From IMG/VR virus record IMGVR_UViG_3300044723_005011, positions 1 to 30,232 of that record: a stretch of DNA of 30,232 nt; one strand, given 5' to 3'. A model generated the notes under the pieces. The model was not told the DNA's origin and did no database searches. It saw only the letters and a program-made list of their open reading frames with translations. Each line of letters opens with the position of its first letter. Positions within the stretch are counted from its first letter, which is position 1. The position numbers and the translations under genes were made by a program. This DNA is from a virus. Lineage: Duplodnaviria; Caudoviricetes. Shown in pieces: positions 6,753 through 15,881 of this stretch.

Positions 6753-9700
6753 ATGGCACGTAAAGAGATTAATATTGGCGCAACTGGTAATGACGCAACC
6801 GGTGATAGTATTAGAACAGGTTTTGACAAAACAAATCAAAACTTTACAGAACTATATGCGGCACTAGGATTAGGCGGCGGTCTAAACTTTGAAACACTAG
6901 ACAATACACCTAATGCACTAACTGCTAATAAAGTGTTAGCATCAAATGCTAATGGTGATGAAATTATTGAAAAAACACTAGTAGGTGACGGTGTAACTAT
7001 TGATCAATCTACAAACCCTACACAAATTATTATTAGAAATACTGGTACTGAAGTTGCACGTGATACATCACCAGAACTAGGTGGTGATCTTGATGCACTT
7101 GGACAATTTAGAATCAAACGTCTTGCTGATCCTATCAACGCACAAGATGCTGTGAATAAACAGTATGCTGATCAGACATTTATTGATGTTGCTGGAGATG
7201 TAGCAGTAGGACAAATACAATTACAAGACGGTGCAGGACAACCAAGAATTCCAACACTGCTGGACGAAGCGACTAATAAACAATATGTAGATACAAAAGT
7301 ATCCAAATCCGGTGACGAAATGACTGGACAACTAATACTTGCTCGCGATCCTATCGAAGGTGATAGCGGATTAACAGCAGTTACAAAAAATTATGTAGAT
7401 TCTACAGGTTACATTTCAAACTTAAACATCTATGTTTCTTCTAAAGGTAGAACAGAGAGACAACAACTAGACGCAGGTATTGAACAATTAAAAGTAGGTA
7501 GAAGTTGGGGTAATGCTTTTTCGAGTGTTAGAGACGCATTGTTTTATGCAGAACGTGTAATCAAAGGTGATGCTAGATTAAAATCAGAAGGTTTATTGCC
7601 TAGCAGTCATATTAATTATTTTCCAACACCTGGACGTAAGCCAGGACCATACACAGTAGGTTTGGCGGCTGACGGAACAGAAGATACAACTAACGTTCTT
7701 GCTAACAGTTTACTTGTAAGAAATAGAAGTTTTATTCAACAAGAAACTGTCGCATTTATTAATAGAGAAGTAGCAGACAATGACAACGCAGATGGTTTTT
7801 CTAGTTCTTTCACTTATGATCAAGAAAAATGTTTTAGAGATGTAGGATTAATTATTGATGCTATGTCATTTGATTTGACCTACGTAGGTAACAGTAGAAC
7901 TGTTGATGCGGCGACAAGTTATTGGGACAATGCAGGAACACCTGGAAATTCAGGTGATGATATAAGTTTAGTTGCAGGACAACAAAGCGAAACTGTTGCG
8001 GCAATAAATTTTGCTAGAGATTTAGTCCTAAACAATATTTTAACAAACACTGCTTATGTTGCTCCAGATGCTACTGCAAATCCAAATGCTTATGCTCTTA
8101 TCAATAGTAACAAAAGATTTGTTGTAGACGAAACAATAGCATATATCAATTATCAGGTTGCAAATGCTACACCTGGTAGTATTTGGGAAAACTTTACATA
8201 TGACGAGAATAAATGTGCTAGAGATGTTGGTATTATTTTAGATGGTGTTGCATTTGATTTAAAATATGGCGGTAACACACAAACAAGAATTAATGCTTCA
8301 AGATACTATGATGGTGCAGTAAGCAAAGTTGCAGGACAAGAGCAACAAACAGCGGCGGCTGTTGCATATGCTAGAGATTTAGTTTCTGATTACGTTCTTA
8401 CAAATATATTATTCACAAGTTTACAAACAGCAGTTGATTCTAGCAAACAAGTAAGAGATTTATCTAATGCAGGTGAAACTGCCGCTAGAACAAAAGTTGA
8501 TACATTGATGAACAACATAAGTTCTGTTATCACAGGAGGTTTGGGATCATTACCTGCTTTGGTTGGAACTACTAATAATGTAAGTACAGATGTACAGGTT
8601 ATTGATACTAGTATTACAGCAGAAACACCTGCTAGTGGTATTCTAACAAGTTTATTTGCAATTATTACCAATGCTATAACAGGTGGTTTAGGAACACTAC
8701 CTGCAAAAACAGGTGGGCAAGGAAGAGAACAAAATGTTCCATTACCTGAAATAACAGTACATGTTGAGTCAGGCAATTATGAAGAATTGTGTCCAATGCC
8801 TATACCAGAAAATGTATCCTTAAAAGGTGACGAATTTAGACGTGTATTGATACAATCGAAAGTTGGTGTAAGACCTCCTCAAAGATCTATAGATATGAAA
8901 TTTGAAAGAGGAGATCTTTTCAATTATAATAATTCTGGAACAACACCTAAATCTGCACGTTTTAGAAATCACTATGATAGTCAATATTCACAAGCAGATA
9001 GTAATGGTGGTTTGAACAGTGCTGGAGCAGGAAGTGTAAGATTAAAAAATCTAGTGTACTATCCTTTGAACGGAATGTACTTTGAACACACCGATGGTGT
9101 TGGTCCAAGTGTTAGATACTACATTAAAAATATTACTTTTGATCCATTAGGAGTTGGAGATTTCCAAACTGCTGATTGTGAACTTTATAGTGACATTAAC
9201 ACAACAACCACAACTACATTAACATATTCAATTACAAATAATACTGTAGTAGAACTTAAAAAACTAAATCAACATTGTGACGTATTCTTGATGAATAACT
9301 CAACTATTATTAGAAACTTGAGTATTAGAAGACATCAAGGATTTGTTATGACACTTGATCCTGAAGGACAAATTCTTACAAAATCTCCATATGCTCAAAC
9401 ATGTTCATCATTCTGTGGACAAGGTGGTGGTGGTCAATATGTTGACGGTAACTCCGGTGTACAATATGGTACTGTAGTTGATAGTCCTAATGCGAGCGGT
9501 TTTTCAATAACCTTGCAAGGATTAACTAGACCTGTACAACTTCCAACAACTTTCTTGTATCAAGGTAATAATCCAAGTGATACAGAAAAAGGAACTTATC
9601 GTATTATCGGTTCTACTGCACCGGTAGATGACGGTTTAGGACAAGGAACATTTAGGCAAACACTAACACTAGCGGCTGATACAGAAATAAAAGTAAGTAC

Positions 9701-12700
9701 TAGAAATCTTAATAATGGTTATATTGATAATGGTGTAGAAATAAGATTAGAAACTGCTGGTAACAAGTCAATGGCTTGTAACGACTACACACAAATCAAC
9801 AGTGATGGTTATGGCCTAGTTGCTACAAACGCAGGTTTAATTGAAGCGGTATCTGTATTTACATACTATTGTGATACTGCATACTGGGCACGTAATGGTG
9901 GACAAATTAGATCACTAAACGGTTCTAATGGTTATGGTCGTATTGGTATTAAAGCATCAGGAAGTGATCCAAACGAAAACGTTCAATCAGGTACTACATT
10001 CTTTAGACAACTAAATGTAAACAAAACAGGCTCACCTGATGTTGATTATACACAAGAAGTAATTTCGCATAACCCTGGCGGCACAAATAATATTACAGGT
10101 AATAATCAATTCGAAATTAGAGATTTTGACTACCTACCGTTTCCAGACAGTAGAATGATTTTAAGTGCATTTTCAACTAATAATGATACAACAGAATATA
10201 CCATTGAAGATGTAACGCCAGTAAGTGTAAGTATTTCAGGTGCAAATAATGCAAATGACACTTTTACAGCAACAGCAAATCACTATTTTACAAACGGAAG
10301 TGTTATTAAACTTGCTGGATTCGATAGTGCTGGAATGACAGGTGTTGACGGAGTCTACTATGTAGGTAATGCTAGTGGTACTGACTTTAAAGTTTACACA
10401 GATTCTAACTTGTCAACAGAACTAGATTTAGCAAGTGCTGGTGTATACACAGGCAGTGGCGGTACTGCAACAGGTGGTGGTAGAGCCGTTTTAAGTTTAG
10501 GACAAGAATTAAGTTTAGGCGTAGGTACTGTTGTTGCTGATGGTGAAAAGATTATGCTTACCGTTGGTAAGAAAATATATGTTAAAGGACTTTTAGATAC
10601 ACCACGAGTACTTCCAAGTAGTGCATTACAATTTTCAACAGGTGATGCTCAAGTCTTTAGAATTTTAAATGTTGAAAGAGACAACACAGACGACGAGGTC
10701 GGAACACAAGTTGATTATCAGTTACAACTTTTTGATTTAAGAGTTCCAAGTAGTAGAACTGCAAACGAATTCATTAGGGTAACAACAAAAATTTCAACCA
10801 TGAGAGCAACAGGACACGACTTCCTAAACATTGGTTGGGGTAACTATGCGGCTTCTAATTATCCTAATAACGTATTTGGAGAGCCTGTTGGTAGACCAGA
10901 CTTTAGTGCTGAACAGGCTAACGAAGCAGTAGAAGAAGGTGCAGGTAGAGTATTCTATGCAAGTACTGACCAAGATGGTAACTTTAGAGTTGGTAGATTT
11001 TTCCGTGTAAACCAAGGTGACGGTTCAGTTGAACTTAATGCAAACATTGGATTAACAAACGTTGACAGTATTGGTTTTACTAAAGGTACTACAATTGACG
11101 AGTTTTCAACAGACGATAAAATGCAAGGTAAGTCAGATGATGCTGTACCTACAGAAGCAACTATCGTTACACACTTGAATTCAAATGTAATTGGTAGACA
11201 CGAAGACGGTACTGCGGTAACACCATTTACTGCAAATAATAATCAACAGAGTACAACATCAGGTGGTTTGTTAGCAAGAGATGGTTATGATGTTACACTT
11301 CGCCAATGGAATAAAATGCAAGGTGAGTTGAACATGAACTCAAACTTGATTACAAATATTTCAATGGTAGGTGCTCAAGCAGACGACGGTGTAAACAAAA
11401 ACTATGCTGACAATGTGTTTAGAGGTGCAACTACTGATTCAATTAGAAACGAAGTAAAAACTTTTGAGATGTTAAATGATAGCACACTCAATGCTGGTGC
11501 TATCTTAATGAATGATAACCAAATCAAAGGTTTAATGGATCCAACAGAAGATAAAGATGCTGTAACAAAATCTTATGTAGATAGAAAATCAACACTAGGT
11601 GGATTAAGCGATGTTACAATTACAGGTAATCCAAGCAATACTGATATTGTAATGTTTACAGGAGTTAATCCAAGTAATCAATTTGTTGATTTCCATAACA
11701 GTGTTAACGTGTCATTAGATACAACAGTTGATTCCACAGGCGGAAGTCCAACATTTGGTGAACCACTTGGTACTGGTTCAGATGTAAGATTTAACAGAGC
11801 CGGAAACAGTCTTAACATACAACTTGCCAGTGGAGCAGTCAAAAATGCAGACGTCAGTGTTGCGGCGGCTATTTCACAAAGTAAATTAAATTTACAACTA
11901 GCAACAGCAGAAAATGCGGCGCCAACTGGCACACAAGCAGATAAGCAAGCAAGAAGTGGTTTGTCTAGTTTTGATGATGATTTCTTTACATCAACAGACG
12001 GATGGGTATCATTACTTACAGCAACATCAACAAGCGACGGTATAAGTTTAAATAAAATTAGGCATCAAACTGGTAACACAATGCTAGGTACTTCTGGTGC
12101 AAGTGCTGGCGCTGTAGTTGCTCTTACTCCTGCACAAATTAGAGCACTTATTGAATTTAACACAAGTGTTGAAGCATATATTGATGATGCTGTTTTAGAT
12201 ACAAATGGTGCTTTGTTAAAATCCGGTGGTACAATGACTGGACAAATGAATTCACAAAATATTTTACCTAGTGCAAATGATACTTACAATTTAGGTAGTG
12301 GACCGCAACCATCCGGATTTAGATTCCTCAATATCTATACTGCTACTTTACATGCAGACGATATTAACGGAGCCAATATAAAAAGTGCAGACGGTGGTAC
12401 AACTGTCCTTACAAATAACGGAGATGCTACATCAACATTTATTGGTAACTCTGCTACAGCAAGTCAATGGGAAACTACAAGAAATATTACACTAACAGGA
12501 CAAGCAACAGGTACAACAACTATTGATGGTAGTGGTGATATTAGTATTACAGTAACCCTCGGTGATGCGGCTCTAGATGATCAGTATGTTCCTGTAGAAG
12601 GTGGAACATTTACAGGTAATATCCAGGTCGATGGTAATATTACCACAGATCAAAACAACAACGGTAACATTGGTGCAAGCGGCACACGCTGGGCAACTGT

Positions 12701-13121
12701 GTATGCAACAACATTCGACGGTACTGCAACAGCGGCACAATATGCTGACTTGGCTGAAAATTATTTAGGTGACAATACCTACGAACCAGGTACAGTTTTA
12801 ATGTTTGGTGGTTATAATGAAGTTACAGTATGTAAAGGCGAAATGAATACTAAAATTGCTGGTGTAGTATCTACTAATCCAGCACACTTAATGAATTCAG
12901 AAATGCCAGGTGAATTTGTGATTGCTGTTGCACTACAAGGTCGCGTTCCTTGTAAGGTAGTTGGTAAAATTTCAAAAGGTGACATGATTGTTTCCAGTGA
13001 TATCGATGGTGTAGGTATTGCATCAGATGATCCAAAACTTGGTGCTGTAATTGGTAAAGCATTACAAGATTATGATTCAGAGGAAGTTGGAACCATCGAA
13101 GTTGTGGTGGGTAGACTGTAA
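6753..13121 (+). CDS. Large virion structural / tail fibre protein (2122 aa)
   Basis: N-terminal NIGxxGNDATGDSIRTGFDKTNQNFTELY anchor motif; five DAxxKxYxD-type neck repeats; beta-helix-like central region; C-terminal YADLAENY...VALQGRVPCKV...GKAL domain resembling Peptidase_G2 intramolecular chaperones. Confidence 0.85.
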   Translation: MARKEINIGATGNDATGDSIRTGFDKTNQNFTELYAALGLGGGLNFETLDNTPNALTANKVLASNANGDEIIEKTLVGDGVTIDQSTNPTQIIIRNTGTEVARDTSPELGGDLDALGQFRIKRLADPINAQDAVNKQYADQTFIDVAGDVAVGQIQLQDGAGQPRIPTLLDEATNKQYVDTKVSKSGDEMTGQLILARDPIEGDSGLTAVTKNYVDSTGYISNLNIYVSSKGRTERQQLDAGIEQLKVGRSWGNAFSSVRDALFYAERVIKGDARLKSEGLLPSSHINYFPTPGRKPGPYTVGLAADGTEDTTNVLANSLLVRNRSFIQQETVAFINREVADNDNADGFSSSFTYDQEKCFRDVGLIIDAMSFDLTYVGNSRTVDAATSYWDNAGTPGNSGDDISLVAGQQSETVAAINFARDLVLNNILTNTAYVAPDATANPNAYALINSNKRFVVDETIAYINYQVANATPGSIWENFTYDENKCARDVGIILDGVAFDLKYGGNTQTRINASRYYDGAVSKVAGQEQQTAAAVAYARDLVSDYVLTNILFTSLQTAVDSSKQVRDLSNAGETAARTKVDTLMNNISSVITGGLGSLPALVGTTNNVSTDVQVIDTSITAETPASGILTSLFAIITNAITGGLGTLPAKTGGQGREQNVPLPEITVHVESGNYEELCPMPIPENVSLKGDEFRRVLIQSKVGVRPPQRSIDMKFERGDLFNYNNSGTTPKSARFRNHYDSQYSQADSNGGLNSAGAGSVRLKNLVYYPLNGMYFEHTDGVGPSVRYYIKNITFDPLGVGDFQTADCELYSDINTTTTTTLTYSITNNTVVELKKLNQHCDVFLMNNSTIIRNLSIRRHQGFVMTLDPEGQILTKSPYAQTCSSFCGQGGGGQYVDGNSGVQYGTVVDSPNASGFSITLQGLTRPVQLPTTFLYQGNNPSDTEKGTYRIIGSTAPVDDGLGQGTFRQTLTLAADTEIKVSTRNLNNGYIDNGVEIRLETAGNKSMACNDYTQINSDGYGLVATNAGLIEAVSVFTYYCDTAYWARNGGQIRSLNGSNGYGRIGIKASGSDPNENVQSGTTFFRQLNVNKTGSPDVDYTQEVISHNPGGTNNITGNNQFEIRDFDYLPFPDSRMILSAFSTNNDTTEYTIEDVTPVSVSISGANNANDTFTATANHYFTNGSVIKLAGFDSAGMTGVDGVYYVGNASGTDFKVYTDSNLSTELDLASAGVYTGSGGTATGGGRAVLSLGQELSLGVGTVVADGEKIMLTVGKKIYVKGLLDTPRVLPSSALQFSTGDAQVFRILNVERDNTDDEVGTQVDYQLQLFDLRVPSSRTANEFIRVTTKISTMRATGHDFLNIGWGNYAASNYPNNVFGEPVGRPDFSAEQANEAVEEGAGRVFYASTDQDGNFRVGRFFRVNQGDGSVELNANIGLTNVDSIGFTKGTTIDEFSTDDKMQGKSDDAVPTEATIVTHLNSNVIGRHEDGTAVTPFTANNNQQSTTSGGLLARDGYDVTLRQWNKMQGELNMNSNLITNISMVGAQADDGVNKNYADNVFRGATTDSIRNEVKTFEMLNDSTLNAGAILMNDNQIKGLMDPTEDKDAVTKSYVDRKSTLGGLSDVTITGNPSNTDIVMFTGVNPSNQFVDFHNSVNVSLDTTVDSTGGSPTFGEPLGTGSDVRFNRAGNSLNIQLASGAVKNADVSVAAAISQSKLNLQLATAENAAPTGTQADKQARSGLSSFDDDFFTSTDGWVSLLTATSTSDGISLNKIRHQTGNTMLGTSGASAGAVVALTPAQIRALIEFNTSVEAYIDDAVLDTNGALLKSGGTMTGQMNSQNILPSANDTYNLGSGPQPSGFRFLNIYTATLHADDINGANIKSADGGTTVLTNNGDATSTFIGNSATASQWETTRNITLTGQATGTTTIDGSGDISITVTLGDAALDDQYVPVEGGTFTGNIQVDGNITTDQNNNGNIGASGTRWATVYATTFDGTATAAQYADLAENYLGDNTYEPGTVLMFGGYNEVTVCKGEMNTKIAGVVSTNPAHLMNSEMPGEFVIAVALQGRVPCKVVGKISKGDMIVSSDIDGVGIASDDPKLGAVIGKALQDYDSEEVGTIEVVVGRL
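7710..8714 (+). repeat. Nested duplication of a helical KCxRD domain within the fibre gene
   Basis: FTYDQEKCFRDVGLIID vs FTYDENKCARDVGIILD; VAGQ...ARDLV...LTN twice; ITGGLGSLPA vs ITGGLGTLPA. Confidence 0.8.
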
Positions 13122-13124
13122 ATA
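13119..13124 (+). promoter_or_regulatory. Late-promoter-like TAAATA box
   Basis: Overlaps the fibre stop codon; followed by AGGA and ATG 13141. Confidence 0.5.
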
Positions 13125-13140
13125 GTATAGGAAGAAACAT

Positions 13141-15855
13141 ATGGCGATACAAACTATAAACATTGGTCAAAACGTAAACGACGGGACAGGAGACGATTTA
13201 CGTACCGCATTTGATAAAGTAAACGACAACTTTACTTTTCTAGAAGGACTAGGCGGTGAAACAAATACTGCTTCTAATCTAGGTAATATTACAGATGGGG
13301 AAGCAATATTTGCAGGAAAAGTTTTACAAGACTTAACTTTCAAAAGAATCAAATCTTCCAATACAAATAATTTGACTGTTACTTCGGATGGAGAAAGTAT
13401 TATACTTAATCCTATAAACCCTGATCAAAATGCATTTGGTAGAGTTCAAGATGACAGCGGCGATACTATTACAGCCGGCAGTCCAAATTCTGTATTTGGT
13501 ATTAAAGGAGGTTCTAACGTTACAACTGATATTGTCGGAACTGATCTCCAAATAAGTGCCTCTTTAAATTTAGTACAAGATATTACTCCAGAACTAGGTG
13601 GACCATTAACACTAAACAGTTTTGACATTGTAGGTAGTGGCAATATTAATATTACAGGAAATATAACAGCAACAGGATCTTTAAACGTAGGAAATATTGC
13701 AGGCGATGTTATAGGAGATTTGAAAGGTAGTGTATTTGGAAACGATAGTACACCTATCGTAAATGGGCTCGATAACACACTTAATGGAGATTTAACTGGT
13801 GATGTTACGGGTAATTTAACAGGAAACATAAGTGGTGGCCTAGGATCCGAATTTAATTTAAATGCGTTTGGTTTGAGAAATGATATCGGCGGCGATATTA
13901 CAAGACCAGATACTGCTTTTATTAGATTAGCACTTGGTGGTTTTGGAAGTATTGGAAATTATGCAGATCTTACTGCACCGGCTCCTAATAACCCTGATGC
14001 ATCGTTCATTGTAAGAATGCCAGATATTAGTGATGCATACTTTGAAAAACAAGGGAGTGATAATAATACTTTAACATCAATGATGAACTATATTCATTAC
14101 ATTGATTCTCCACTTACAGATGTTGGTACAGAATACGGACAAATTCATTTCCATGAATATAAAGTAAACGGTACAACACAAGGTATGGGTTACTATGGTA
14201 TGACATACGATGGTAATGATCATGCGTTTGTTGCTAAACCATTTAGAAGAGGAACCTTTGAAGGGGATACTGGAGAATTTAAAGTAAACGCAGATGGGTC
14301 AATTATACTTGACAGTATTAAGATTAAAGACGAAACAATTACTACTATAGATTCAAACGAAGATTTAATTTTAGATGCAAGCGGTACAGGTAAAGTTAGT
14401 TTTTATGGTGCTTATCAATTTCCTGAAACAATTGGTAACACAGGCGAAGTATTAACTGTTCCACTTTCAGGTACAATATTAGAATGGGGTGCCGGTGGCG
14501 GAGGTGGCGGAGGGTCGTCAACTTTTGTAGGACTATCAGACACTCCAGCATCATATGCAGGTGGTGCCGCTGATGCATTGAAATTTGTAAGAGTTGCGGC
14601 AAGTGGTACAGCATTAGAATTTGTAGATGTTACAAGTGTTGTAGATGGAACATATATTGCTACGCAGGGAGGCTTATTAACTTCCGGTGGTACCATGACT
14701 GGTGACATAAATCTAGGTACTAATAATATTACTAATGGTGGCACACTTACAGCAACAAGTTTCAGTGGTAGTTTAACTGGTAATAGTTCAGGTACACATA
14801 GTGGAGATGTTGACAGTGCAACTAACATTACTACAACTAACCTATTTGTTACTACGGTAGATACAACAGATTCAAGTGCTGTATCATTCACGCCAGGCGT
14901 AGAGATGGAAAGTTTCTTAACTGTTAAAAGCAGTTTAAATGTATTAGATACAGTAACTACAAAAAATTTAACTAGCACACAAACTACAACACTAAATGAT
15001 TTAATTATCACTGGCAGTCTTAATGTAGATAACTTTAATGTTACAGGATCAGGAAACCCAACATTTACTTCAGGAAGCGATATTGTTTTCGATGCGGCAG
15101 GACAGTTAACAACTAATGCATCAATTATTCCTGATCAAGACGGAACTGTAAACATTGGTAGTGCAACATTTAAATTTGACAATGTATATGCTAATACTTT
15201 TAACGGAAATGTTACTGGTAATATAACTGGAAACTTACAAGGAAATGTTACAGGAAACATTGACGGCATTGTAGGCGGTAATACACCAGCGGCAGTAACA
15301 GGAACAACTATAATTGCCAACACAGGTTTCCAAGGAAATTTGACAGGTAATGTTGATGCAGATTATGTAGATGCTGGTAATATTAGAATTGAAGGTAATA
15401 GTATTGAAACTGCCAATTCAAACGATAACATAAGAATTGCACATCTAGGAACTGGCTATATAGAATTAGATAGTGACGTAGTTACAACTGGTAGAACATT
15501 TATTGCAAACAATGATAATGTCACAATTGGTGCAACTTCTAGTCCTCAAGCAATTAGTATTGCTACATATTGTACCTTTATTACTACAGGTAATTGGACA
15601 GCGGGCGGATCTACTATTGCAAATGCTACACTTGCTGACGGTGCAAGAGAAGGACAAATTAAAGTTATAAAACTAAAATCAAGAGGTGTTTACCAACCAG
15701 TAAGTCCACCTACTTTAGACAGATATGTAGAAATTAGCCTAACATTAAACGGTGCTAGTGGAACAACGAGAATCGGTGAAAACTTTGAGTATGCAAGTAT
15801 AACACTTATTTGGTCAGACAATAGTTGGTGGATAATCGGTCGCGTTGATAGTTAA
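13141..15855 (+). CDS. Tail fibre / virion structural protein (904 aa)
   Basis: N-terminal NIGQNVNDGTGDDLRTAFDKVNDNF anchor; many GNxTGNxxG repeats; poly-Gly hinge. Confidence 0.8.
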   Translation: MAIQTINIGQNVNDGTGDDLRTAFDKVNDNFTFLEGLGGETNTASNLGNITDGEAIFAGKVLQDLTFKRIKSSNTNNLTVTSDGESIILNPINPDQNAFGRVQDDSGDTITAGSPNSVFGIKGGSNVTTDIVGTDLQISASLNLVQDITPELGGPLTLNSFDIVGSGNINITGNITATGSLNVGNIAGDVIGDLKGSVFGNDSTPIVNGLDNTLNGDLTGDVTGNLTGNISGGLGSEFNLNAFGLRNDIGGDITRPDTAFIRLALGGFGSIGNYADLTAPAPNNPDASFIVRMPDISDAYFEKQGSDNNTLTSMMNYIHYIDSPLTDVGTEYGQIHFHEYKVNGTTQGMGYYGMTYDGNDHAFVAKPFRRGTFEGDTGEFKVNADGSIILDSIKIKDETITTIDSNEDLILDASGTGKVSFYGAYQFPETIGNTGEVLTVPLSGTILEWGAGGGGGGGSSTFVGLSDTPASYAGGAADALKFVRVAASGTALEFVDVTSVVDGTYIATQGGLLTSGGTMTGDINLGTNNITNGGTLTATSFSGSLTGNSSGTHSGDVDSATNITTTNLFVTTVDTTDSSAVSFTPGVEMESFLTVKSSLNVLDTVTTKNLTSTQTTTLNDLIITGSLNVDNFNVTGSGNPTFTSGSDIVFDAAGQLTTNASIIPDQDGTVNIGSATFKFDNVYANTFNGNVTGNITGNLQGNVTGNIDGIVGGNTPAAVTGTTIIANTGFQGNLTGNVDADYVDAGNIRIEGNSIETANSNDNIRIAHLGTGYIELDSDVVTTGRTFIANNDNVTIGATSSPQAISIATYCTFITTGNWTAGGSTIANATLADGAREGQIKVIKLKSRGVYQPVSPPTLDRYVEISLTLNGASGTTRIGENFEYASITLIWSDNSWWIIGRVDS

Positions 15856-15857
15856 GG

Positions 15858-15863
15858 TAAATA
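15858..15863 (+). promoter_or_regulatory. Late-promoter-like TAAATA box
   Basis: In a short intergenic gap, followed by GAGG and ATG 15882. Confidence 0.55.
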
Positions 15864-15881
15864 CTGGTAAGAGGATAGAAA

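Noticed and set aside
14486-14514. G-rich tract as G-quadruplex or contingency repeat
   Set aside because: Encodes the poly-Gly hinge with mixed GGN codons; explained by the protein
15200-15356. Short-period GGAAAT/GGTAAT repeats as a DNA repeat array or CRISPR
   Set aside because: Degenerate at third positions; these are GNxT peptide repeats with no constant repeat-spacer structure
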